DNA from: a virus
Reading direction: 5' to 3' (one strand)
Virus record (IMG/VR): IMGVR_UViG_3300037485_001282
Span: 64,001-128,000 of that record
Length of the DNA: 64,000 nt
The number at the start of each line of letters is the position of its first letter. Positions within the stretch are counted from its first letter, which is position 1. A program made the translations under genes and the position numbers. The notes below the pieces were generated by a model. The model worked only from the letters and a program-made list of their open reading frames with translations. It had not been told where the DNA came from and did no database searches. Shown piece by piece: positions 10,190 through 17,506 of this stretch.

Positions 10190-10208
10190 ATAATTTTTCC
10201 TTTTAAAT

Positions 10209-11618
10209 TTATAAACTATCTGTCAAGTCGTCCGAATCAGTCCCGCCTACATGTGGTTCTTTACTTTTAGTTGTATTTTCTTTTGGCTGACTTGATGGTC
10301 TCTGTATTAGGCTTGAATTATTACCAGCATTAATATCGTATAGTCTCATGTGTGGGTAATCGACTCCGATAGTAAATCCAGTTCCATTTTTAGAGAATCT
10401 AGATTTGGCAATGTTAAACCATACTTGATTAAGTTCTTCCATTTCTTTTGTTCTGGAAACCATAATCATCACATCTGCGGTCATTGGAATACCTAACGAG
10501 TCTGATGTTTTTTCTAATCCAATTTCAGCATCAGCATAACCACCTCTATTAACTTGGACAGCACTAAAAATTGGAATATTTAATTTTACTGCTACTGCTC
10601 TAAGTTCTTCGGCAACTGTTTTAAGTTTTCCATAAGTATTGTCCGAAAATCCCTTTCCGTTAGGGATCATTAACCCAATATAGTCTAATGCAATAAACTT
10701 TGGTTTGAATCCATTCTTTTTAACTTCAAGGTCTCTAACTAAAGATAATATTTGATTAGCATTGATCGTTGCTGGGGGATATTCCTTAATTATTAGTTGA
10801 CCAAATGGTTTCCCCTCTTCTTCAGCTAATTTCTTTCTTTCGAGAATACTCATCATTAGTCGCTCTGGATTTACATTAATATCATCCATTGCTGTGTCTG
10901 AAATATTAGCATCAATTCTAGAAGAAAGCATATCTTCGTTTATTTCTAATGATATATACAGCCCGTTTAAACCACTTTCAACATATGATTTGGTTATATG
11001 TCCCAATATTAAAGTTTTACCGACATTAGTTGCCGCGCCAAATATATTTAACGTCTTATTTCTAAACCCACCCCCAACACTTTCATCTAAAGAATAAAGA
11101 CCAGTTTTTAGGATAATATCTGGACTTTTTAATCTGTCCATTCTTTCCTTAATGTCATTAAAATAATCAGTCCCTAGTGTTTCGTCGAAGGAAACATGAG
11201 AAGCATCAATAATTTTCTTAATGGCTTCTTGCTTTTTTCCTTGATCCATTAAATCAACGCAATCTATTAAAGCTAATTCGATACGTTTAGTTTGGATATA
11301 GTCTTTTGTTATCTCAGAAAGCCAGTCATAATAATCTTCTCTATCGAATTTTATTATGCCAACATTATTTAAAAGTTCAAGACAATGAGATAGATATTCT
11401 GGTTTCTTTTCGCAAATCTGAGGAACCGCAATATCACAAAGAATGGCTAACGTTGGTCTCTTAGAATATTTTAGATAATAAAATCTAATTGCCTTGAAAA
11501 TCATATTCATAGGCACTTCTGAGAAAAATCTAGGATCCATCTTATCTACAAATCTCGATAGATAATCATCGAAAGTTATAAGACCTTTTAATATATAAAG
11601 TTCTGTTTTATCTGACAT
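10209..11618 (-). CDS. gp41: replicative DnaB-like helicase (gp41)
   Basis: ATNVGKT, ISLE, LDYIGLM, AEELRAVA, SAVQVNR and KSRF motifs. Confidence 0.95.
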   Translation of the reverse strand: MSDKTELYILKGLITFDDYLSRFVDKMDPRFFSEVPMNMIFKAIRFYYLKYSKRPTLAILCDIAVPQICEKKPEYLSHCLELLNNVGIIKFDREDYYDWLSEITKDYIQTKRIELALIDCVDLMDQGKKQEAIKKIIDASHVSFDETLGTDYFNDIKERMDRLKSPDIILKTGLYSLDESVGGGFRNKTLNIFGAATNVGKTLILGHITKSYVESGLNGLYISLEINEDMLSSRIDANISDTAMDDINVNPERLMMSILERKKLAEEEGKPFGQLIIKEYPPATINANQILSLVRDLEVKKNGFKPKFIALDYIGLMIPNGKGFSDNTYGKLKTVAEELRAVAVKLNIPIFSAVQVNRGGYADAEIGLEKTSDSLGIPMTADVMIMVSRTKEMEELNQVWFNIAKSRFSKNGTGFTIGVDYPHMRLYDINAGNNSSLIQRPSSQPKENTTKSKEPHVGGTDSDDLTDSL

Positions 11619-11628
11619 GTGTTACGGC

Positions 11629-12816
11629 TCACTTATCTGATTCTGCTGAGTCGTTAGTTTCTTCGGTGTCAGAAAGAGAAGCAATTGCCTCATCTATATC
11701 CAAAACGTTACTAAAAGCATATTTATTCTTTGCCTTTTCGTCCATTTCATTGATTATTGGTGCCCAGATTTCTTCGTTCGCTGCCAGATAAATTTGCTTC
11801 TCGAAGAAATTCTTATTTAAATGCTTAACTATCATTCCACGGGAAGATTTTTCAAAAAATCCGAAATTTAGCGCATCGTCAAGCAATCCATACCACTTAT
11901 GTAACCCAAACTTAAAGTGAACTAAAATTTCTCTGCAAGTTCCTTCGGGAACTATTCTATTCTTAGTAGTGGTTGCTTTTATAATAAAGTGAGTAGGAAT
12001 TTTTTCTGTTTCGCCGCTTGCTTGCTTAATTTCTTCTCTTCGCATAAACTTCTTCAAGTTAATAATAGTAGAGCAACAGTAGTTGAATCCTTCACCACCA
12101 GAGAAAACTTCGACAGGTGGGCAATTTGGATTAGCCCCTGGTTGATCATATGTGTGGTTAGTTATTAACATAGCAGCATTATTATATGCAACGCAATTAG
12201 TAAGAACTCTACTTGCTGCTTTTAGTTGCTTGGCTCGAAGACCCATATCCTGAGCAGTCTTTCCTTCGATAGCATCTGCCATTTCCTTCTCGGTACTTAA
12301 GTTACCGAGTGAATCGACAACAATAAACAATTTCTGATCTGGATCAATCTTATGCATTTCAGTTAAAGTATTAACTACTTGTGTCTTAAAGTCATTTACT
12401 GTATTGATTGACTTAAAAGTTACTTCATCAACATTAACACCAAGTCTAGTTAAAAAGTCTCTATCCAGAGAAGATTCAGAGTCAAACACGAAGACCATAT
12501 AGTTTTGCTTCTGTGCCTCTCTCATACAATTAGCACAAATAAAAGATTTACCAACTCCTTTTTTACCAGCCAACCCAGTTATTCGACCATGTGGAATACC
12601 TTTAAAGTAACTTCCAGAAACTAAACCATTAAGCGAATATGATCCAGTTGATATATATTCACTAATTATAGTTAGTTTGGATTCGGAAAAAATCTCAAAT
12701 CCTTGCTTCTTCCCCATAGCAGTCATAAACTTCGCTATGAGTCCTTTCTTTGATGGATTTTCCGAAGATTTACTTACTTCGGTTTCTTCTGTCACTTCTT
12801 TTATTTTTTTAGCCAC
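11629..12816 (-). CDS. uvsX: RecA-like recombinase UvsX
   Basis: STGSYSLN, GKKGVGKS, FDSE, DSLGNL, DMGLRAK, NHTY and SGG motifs. Confidence 0.93.
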   Translation of the reverse strand: MAKKIKEVTEETEVSKSSENPSKKGLIAKFMTAMGKKQGFEIFSESKLTIISEYISTGSYSLNGLVSGSYFKGIPHGRITGLAGKKGVGKSFICANCMREAQKQNYMVFVFDSESSLDRDFLTRLGVNVDEVTFKSINTVNDFKTQVVNTLTEMHKIDPDQKLFIVVDSLGNLSTEKEMADAIEGKTAQDMGLRAKQLKAASRVLTNCVAYNNAAMLITNHTYDQPGANPNCPPVEVFSGGEGFNYCCSTIINLKKFMRREEIKQASGETEKIPTHFIIKATTTKNRIVPEGTCREILVHFKFGLHKWYGLLDDALNFGFFEKSSRGMIVKHLNKNFFEKQIYLAANEEIWAPIINEMDEKAKNKYAFSNVLDIDEAIASLSDTEETNDSAESDK

Positions 12817-12881
12817 GGTTATTCTCCTTGATGACCTAATTATATCATATTTTTTTCAATTCCAAATACTTTGTTTAAAAT

Positions 12882-12889
12882 TATAAATA
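12882..12889 (+). promoter_or_regulatory. T4-type late promoter TATAAATA
   Basis: Exact consensus 22 nt upstream of ORF 12912; gp55 is encoded in the window. Confidence 0.8.
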
Positions 12890-12911
12890 CCATTATTAAC
12901 GGAGAAACAAA

Positions 12912-13601
12912 ATGACACAAGAACAAATTAATGAGAGTTTAGCCAATGATATACTTCAATACGAAGAACTTAAAGAAGGTATCTTCAGTAAAATGGGAGA
13001 AATAGGCGCTGGTATCGGTGGAATATTCAGTAACATAAAGAAAAACTTTAAAGATGGACGTAGAGATAAAGTTATAAACAACTTTAAAAATGAAATGACT
13101 AAGGCAATGCAAGCCGATGATTCGAAAGTAAAAAGCTCAATCGAAACATTAAACCAAGCCTTAAATAAAAGAACAGCCGATCTTGAAAAAGTTAAACAAA
13201 ATATTCTAAAAAAATCAGCAAATGATCCACAACTCCAACAAGCACTAAAAGCAGCAATGGACCAAAATACTCAAGATATTAAAAAATTCCAAAATTCTTT
13301 AGCAACTTTCCAAAAAGCAATTACTCCACCAGCACCACAAGCAACTAAAGCACCACAAACTGCTCCAACTCAAGCACCTAAAGCAAAACCAGCTCCTAAA
13401 AACTCTGCTAAAAAGAAACCCCAAGCACCTAAAGTTCCTCCAGTTGCTCCTACTCAACCCCCAGCCGCTCCAGCACCTAAAGCACCTAAAAAATCCACTA
13501 AAAAGAAACCTAAGCCACTCCCAGAAAATAAAAAGCAAATCCTAGAAAATAGTAAGTTGATGCTAGTTTCGGTAAATAAACTCTTAAAGGATCACAAATG
13601 A
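12912..13601 (+). CDS. late protein, probable internal head protein with Pro/Ala/Lys-rich linker
   Basis: Late promoter, GGAG SD, INE/LKE/ILE protease-type sites, repeated APKAP/PQAP units. Confidence 0.6.
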   Translation: MTQEQINESLANDILQYEELKEGIFSKMGEIGAGIGGIFSNIKKNFKDGRRDKVINNFKNEMTKAMQADDSKVKSSIETLNQALNKRTADLEKVKQNILKKSANDPQLQQALKAAMDQNTQDIKKFQNSLATFQKAITPPAPQATKAPQTAPTQAPKAKPAPKNSAKKKPQAPKVPPVAPTQPPAAPAPKAPKKSTKKKPKPLPENKKQILENSKLMLVSVNKLLKDHK

Positions 13602-14050
13602 ACCCAGAAGAAAAACAAAAGTTTCTTAAAGAATCTAAAAAGATCCTCAAAGCAACTTCTAAGTTAATCGAAAATAAATTTAAAGGAACTCAAAGTTCCG
13701 ATGAAGTTCCTCCTGGTAGAAAGTCACCTAAAGTTTATGGCGATTTCACTATAAATGATGCAATACAGATAATAACTCAAATCAGAAACAAACAAGGAAA
13801 CCCCAAGGCTATAGAGAAAATTTTATATAATATTATGGACTTCTCAGTAAACGGCAACGGTAAGGTTGAGGCGCAACTGCTTAGAACAGAACTAGTTAAT
13901 ACAATAACTGAGTTTAATGCTAATTATTCTTACGCAATTTCTAAATTAACCGAATATATCAAATCAGAGGAATCTTCGAGAGATCTTGATAGCCCAGTAA
14001 CAAAAACAGATAAACGAAGATTTAAAATACCGTCTGGGCCAAGTAAATAA
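13598..14050 (+). CDS. hypothetical late protein
   Basis: ATGA overlap with the upstream gene; N-terminal FLKE/LIE motifs. Confidence 0.65.
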   Translation: MNPEEKQKFLKESKKILKATSKLIENKFKGTQSSDEVPPGRKSPKVYGDFTINDAIQIITQIRNKQGNPKAIEKILYNIMDFSVNGNGKVEAQLLRTELVNTITEFNANYSYAISKLTEYIKSEESSRDLDSPVTKTDKRRFKIPSGPSK

Positions 14051-14094
14051 AATTCGGGTTATTCGAGCATATGTAATTTTATTTCAGTAGCTTA

Positions 14095-14133
14095 TATAAA
14101 TAATATTGACTTTTTTCAAAAACAGGATATAAT
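14095..14133 (+). promoter_or_regulatory. tandem late promoter (TATAAATA 14095-14102) and sigma70-type promoter (TTGACT 14106-14111, TATAAT 14128-14133) for the tRNA operon
   Basis: Near-consensus boxes with a 16-nt spacer; the leader ATG lies 7 nt after the -10 box (leaderless geometry). Confidence 0.8.
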
Positions 14134-14140
14134 AGAAAAC

Positions 14141-14209
14141 ATGAACCAAGTACTATCATTATCATCGTCCAGTTATCTCAGTTCCTATCTCGGAACGGGG
14201 CGAGGGTAA
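14141..14209 (+). CDS. attenuator leader peptide MNQVLSLSSSSYLSSYLGTGRG
   Basis: 22-codon ORF; codons 5-17 are exclusively Leu/Ser/Tyr; followed by alternative hairpins and a terminator. Confidence 0.8.
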   Translation: MNQVLSLSSSSYLSSYLGTGRG

Positions 14210-14271
14210 TATTGTAGTTTTCTACAGTAAACTCCAAAGCCCCGAATCGAAAGACTCGGGGCTTTTTCTTT
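14165..14271 (+). promoter_or_regulatory. ribosome-dependent transcription attenuator (1:2, 2:3 and 3:4 hairpins)
   Basis: TCGTCC(14165)/GGGCGA(14198) plus GTTCC/GGAAC; antiterminator CGGGGC(14196)/GCCCCG(14239) with inner TATTGTAG/CTACAGTA; terminator GCCCCGA/TCGGGGC plus T tract. Confidence 0.8.
14236..14271 (+). terminator. intrinsic terminator of the attenuator
   Basis: AAAGCCCCGA-ATC-GAAA-GAC-TCGGGGCTTT followed by TTCTTT. Confidence 0.88.
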
Positions 14272-14297
14272 GACAAATATATAGGTTAAAATTATAT

Positions 14298-14379
14298 GGG
14301 GATGTGGCGTAATGCAGCCGCGCAAGTCTTAGGAACTTGTACCTTCCATGGTGTGTGGATTCAAGTTCCACCATCCCCA
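14298..14379 (+). tRNA. tRNA-Leu (anticodon TAG)
   Basis: Acceptor GGGGATG/CATCCCC, anticodon arm CAAGT-CTTAGGA-ACTTG, long variable arm, TTCAAGT T-loop, discriminator A, no encoded CCA. Confidence 0.92.
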
Positions 14380-14383
14380 CTAC

Positions 14384-14465
14384 GAGTATGTCCCATAGCG
14401 GCAATTGGGAGGCGCTGTAAACGCCTTGGATTTATCCTTCGAAGGTTCGATTCCTTCCATACTCA
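14384..14465 (+). tRNA. tRNA-Tyr (anticodon GTA)
   Basis: Acceptor GAGTATG/CATACTC, AGGCG-CTGTAAA-CGCCT, long variable arm, GAAGG-TTCGATT-CCTTC. Confidence 0.93.
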
Positions 14466-14470
14466 TTTTT

Positions 14471-14554
14471 GGATCGTTAAATCATCGGGGATGATCTTTG
14501 CTTGGAAAGCAAATGGAGGATAAAAACCTTGAGTTTCGACTACTCAGCGATCCG
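14471..14554 (+). tRNA. tRNA-Ser (anticodon GGA), compatible with 8/4 fold
   Basis: GGATCGTT/AGCGATCC, D stem ATCATC/GATGAT, TTTGC-TTGGAAA-GCAAA, GAGT-TTCGACT-ACTC, discriminator G. Confidence 0.85.
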
Positions 14555-14560
14555 TTATCT

Positions 14561-14641
14561 GGAAAACAAAGCAGTCAGGGATTGCCGTCGCCTCGAAAGC
14601 GAATGGACCTTCGGGTTGCGTTTCGAGTACGCTGTTTTCCG
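14561..14641 (+). tRNA. tRNA-Ser (anticodon CGA), 8/4 fold
   Basis: GGAAAACA/TGTTTTCC 8-bp acceptor, D stem GCAGTC/GATTGC, TCGC-CTCGAAA-GCGA, GCGT-TTCGAGT-ACGC, discriminator G. Confidence 0.85.
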
Positions 14642-14644
14642 TTT

Positions 14645-14728
14645 GGAATATCAACTCTACAAGGTAGAGCCTTCTTTGCTAAAGAAGTGGTGCCTAATAA
14701 GCATTTGGGGCAGTACCAAGATATTCCG
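14645..14728 (+). tRNA. tRNA-Ser (anticodon GCT), 8/4 fold with atypical T-loop
   Basis: GGAATATC/GATATTCC, D stem CTCTAC/GTAGAG, CTTCT-TTGCTAA-AGAAG, TTGG-GGCAGTA-CCAA, discriminator G. Confidence 0.8.
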
Positions 14729-14733
14729 TATTT

Positions 14734-14820
14734 GGCAAGTTAACCAGTCAGGCGATTGGCGCTGTTTTGAAAGCAGAGGGTTCCCGAATAGGGAATGGGT
14801 TTCGATTACTCAGCTTGCCG
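14734..14820 (+). tRNA. tRNA-Ser (anticodon TGA), compatible with 8/4 fold
   Basis: GGCAAGTT/AGCTTGCC, D stem CCAGTC/GATTGG, CTGT-TTTGAAA-GCAG, variable arm TTCCC/GGGAA, GGGT-TTCGATT-ACTC, discriminator G. Confidence 0.85.
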
Positions 14821-14826
14821 TTATTT

Positions 14827-15816
14827 TTAACCCCAATTAAAATGGGCTTCTATTTCACTTTCATTTAACTTAGGAACTTCCCAGTTAAGTAAGTTAAAGA
14901 ACTTTGAGAGTGGATTAAAGAAGGCTTTTTCGAATTGATGTTCTCTATCGACATATTCTTCAATATTCAATTCATTAATCCACTTTTCTTTATATGAGAT
15001 TACGTTACTATTCCAGTCTCTACCTGTTTTGGTGTGGATAAGTTTAATCTTATCGCCTTCATATATCAAATCATATTTAGTTCTTAAATCCTCGTTCTCT
15101 AATAGAACATCATTATAGAGAATACTTCCTCTAATGTGAATAGGGGTTCTGTGGAACTTTCCTTTCTCATTGAAACTATCTAGGTACTTTTTAAGATTAT
15201 TTGCTGTACTTGGAAAGGCAATATCGTCAATATCAGCAACTAAAAATTTGCTTCTAACATCTTTTAATTTACTTATAATCAACTCTCTATTAGTAGTTTT
15301 AAGCATCTCAAACAAGCAGTCTTTCATATGCTTCTTAGCTAATTTAGGAGTTGAGGATCTTACGAGTTCAATTCCAGTTGCTTTAAGTTTATCGACAGCC
15401 ATCTTAGATTCACCATCATAAACTACCCACATTATATACTTCTTTTTCTCTAGGAAAAAGGATCTTCTAGAAACTTTTTCAACTTTAAAGGAAATCTTAT
15501 TTTCCTTGCAGTTATAGCGACTTAAAGATAACGCATCCATCGAACGGTTAATAATATTCGATACAAAGGGAACTATTTCGTCGTTAATAAATTTAATGAC
15601 TGGTTCTATTTTTTCTGGGTCGGTATTATTCCGATCAGGTATATGAAGAGAATCCAGGATTTTACCTATATCGACATAAAGCGAATTATGTACTAAGATA
15701 CCATTAGCGAAAAAGGTATTTGGTGCGTCTTCCATACCTATGTCATAAACTTCTTGTTCGACTGTCCCGTCCGAAACAAGTTCGATTGATTCTATTTCAT
15801 CTATATAATAATTCAT
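14827..15816 (-). CDS. gp43: family B DNA polymerase C-terminal half carrying the split-intein C fragment (ORF track start 15828; ATG 15816 has a GAGGA SD)
   Basis: Begins with IntC (VYDIG...FFANGILVHN), then S-LYV, KKKY, GIELVRSSTP, TPIHIRG and EGDKIK polymerase motifs. Confidence 0.93.
   Translation of the reverse strand: MNYYIDEIESIELVSDGTVEQEVYDIGMEDAPNTFFANGILVHNSLYVDIGKILDSLHIPDRNNTDPEKIEPVIKFINDEIVPFVSNIINRSMDALSLSRYNCKENKISFKVEKVSRRSFFLEKKKYIMWVVYDGESKMAVDKLKATGIELVRSSTPKLAKKHMKDCLFEMLKTTNRELIISKLKDVRSKFLVADIDDIAFPSTANNLKKYLDSFNEKGKFHRTPIHIRGSILYNDVLLENEDLRTKYDLIYEGDKIKLIHTKTGRDWNSNVISYKEKWINELNIEEYVDREHQFEKAFFNPLSKFFNLLNWEVPKLNESEIEAHFNWG
15685..15816 (-). other. split intein C fragment (44 aa) of DNA polymerase; +1 residue Ser
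   Basis: Block F VYDIG and block G ILVHN followed by Ser. Confidence 0.9.
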
Positions 15817-15817
15817 T

Positions 15818-17467
15818 TTATTCCTCATTCCAAATAAATTTTATGTGTCCGCAGTCCCATACTCTTCTATAGTTATTATTAATCATATTAGAAAATTCTG
15901 TTAACGTTTCATCATAAATTGGTAATATTTTTTTTAAATTCTCTTTATAACATTTAAATCTACTTACATATATTTCTTCATCTTTAACATAAAAATAGTT
16001 TGGAGAAGATAACCCACTATGTTTAAATCCAATATTTTCAAAATTTTTGCCATCAGATAATCTAAAATCGCACACAAATAGAACCTCTCTTGGGGTGAAT
16101 TTTTCTTTAAAATAATCAAACAATATTTTTTCGCTTTTGAAAATGCTTATGTTATTTAAATTACAATATCTTGTTATCTCCCACTGGTGTTTGGTGTTTG
16201 AGCAAATACCCATTACTGATATTATCGCGTTGTTATAAAATAACCCAATTTTTATTTTTGATAATTTTACTCCATTTAAATTATTATGGGTACAAAAATT
16301 ATTAAATTCTTTATCTGAAATTTCTTTAACTACACATTCGCTCGCGTCTATAATGTTGCTGATTTTATTTAATTTATTCTTTATTATCGATTTCCAAATC
16401 TCCCTCTTCACAACATTTTTCCACTCAAATTCGAACATATGCAATAATTCTATATTTTTTTCTTTACATAATATTGTTTTATTTGCATGATAATTTTTCT
16501 CTTTTTCAGTTTCTTCTTTATTGAACGAATGCCAATAATTACCATTGAATTCAATAGCCAGATTTTTATTTGGAACAAAAATATCAATTTCTTTCGGGGG
16601 TATAATATATCGCACATTTTCTACTATCGATTCATCGAGTTCCTTGATAAAATCACATACCTCTTTTTCTTGATGTGATCTAATTTGGCTGCAATATGGA
16701 CAACCATAGCCAGATTTATGATCATTTGGCGTTTGCCAAAATGACCCATGCTCTTTACATTTTATTTCTACTTTTTCTTTAGCTGATCGGTAAACGACAA
16801 AACTATAATCATAAAGATCGCCATGTGATTTTTTAAAATCAACTATAGTTTCTTCTTGTGTTTTAAATGATCTTATGCTATTAAATTCGTTAGCGCATTT
16901 AGGGCAGCCATGTCCTAATAAGTGAATAGATGGTAATTGAAAGAATACACCGTGCTTTTTGCAGTGTATTTCTAATTTTTTGTCTTCCGTAAAGTTATTT
17001 ACGTAAGAATATAAGTTATTGTGTTTTTTATTAAGTAACTCATCCCATTTCTCGAACGAATAACTCAGCGCCTTACTAATGTTTTCTCTTTTGCATATTG
17101 GACAACCTATTCCCCTAAAATGAGGAGCAGGGGCTTGCCAAAAAGAGCCATGCTTTTTACATATTATTTCTACTTTTTCCGAACAAGATACATATTTTAC
17201 TTTTGAGTAGTCATATTTGTATTTGTGTTTTTCGTTAGATTTTTCTATAAACATTTCGTTGGTGAATGTTCTTTTAAGGGCATATGATTCTCTTCTACAA
17301 ATTGGGCACCCTAGGGTTCTACTAATATCTGCGTTTCTTTTTTTAAATTTTATACTGTGTTTATTACAAAACAGTTCTATTATTTTCTTGTCGTGGTCTA
17401 AAATTTTAATTACACTCACATGCGGCAAATGTTTTTCCACTCTAATTTTTATCTGATCAATGTTCAT
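15818..17467 (-). CDS. free-standing homing endonuclease (Zn-ribbon repeats, Vsr/PD-(D/E)xK-like core, Hef-like C-terminus)
   Basis: Repeated YDYS..CKKHGSFWQ.P..H..G.GCP.C units; KEIDIFVPNKNLAIEFNGNYWHS; ends RVWDCG; lies between the polymerase halves. Confidence 0.85.
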   Translation of the reverse strand: MNIDQIKIRVEKHLPHVSVIKILDHDKKIIELFCNKHSIKFKKRNADISRTLGCPICRRESYALKRTFTNEMFIEKSNEKHKYKYDYSKVKYVSCSEKVEIICKKHGSFWQAPAPHFRGIGCPICKRENISKALSYSFEKWDELLNKKHNNLYSYVNNFTEDKKLEIHCKKHGVFFQLPSIHLLGHGCPKCANEFNSIRSFKTQEETIVDFKKSHGDLYDYSFVVYRSAKEKVEIKCKEHGSFWQTPNDHKSGYGCPYCSQIRSHQEKEVCDFIKELDESIVENVRYIIPPKEIDIFVPNKNLAIEFNGNYWHSFNKEETEKEKNYHANKTILCKEKNIELLHMFEFEWKNVVKREIWKSIIKNKLNKISNIIDASECVVKEISDKEFNNFCTHNNLNGVKLSKIKIGLFYNNAIISVMGICSNTKHQWEITRYCNLNNISIFKSEKILFDYFKEKFTPREVLFVCDFRLSDGKNFENIGFKHSGLSSPNYFYVKDEEIYVSRFKCYKENLKKILPIYDETLTEFSNMINNNYRRVWDCGHIKFIWNEE

Positions 17468-17485
17468 AAGGTATATCCTTAATCA

Positions 17486-17493
17486 TATTTATA
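17486..17493 (-). promoter_or_regulatory. late promoter for the endonuclease within the polymerase locus
   Basis: TATAAATA on the minus strand between the polymerase-N stop and the endonuclease start. Confidence 0.75.
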
Positions 17494-17506
17494 TAAATTT
17501 TAACAT

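Noticed and set aside
14298-14820. Suppressor or selenocysteine tRNAs (anticodons read TAG and TGA; long D stems look Sec-like)
   Set aside because: Anticodon TAG reads CTA (Leu) and TGA reads TCA (Ser). A suppressor or Sec tRNA would need CTA or TCA anticodons.
14222-14840. ORF-track ORFs 14222-14404, 14296-14523, 14498-14743 and 14502-14840
   Set aside because: They overlap six well-formed tRNA genes and the attenuator, so they are shadow ORFs.
15818-17506. Group I intron or assembly frameshift interrupting the polymerase (likewise gp46)
   Set aside because: There is almost no non-coding space for an intron core, and both halves carry complementary intein fragments with their own start and stop codons.
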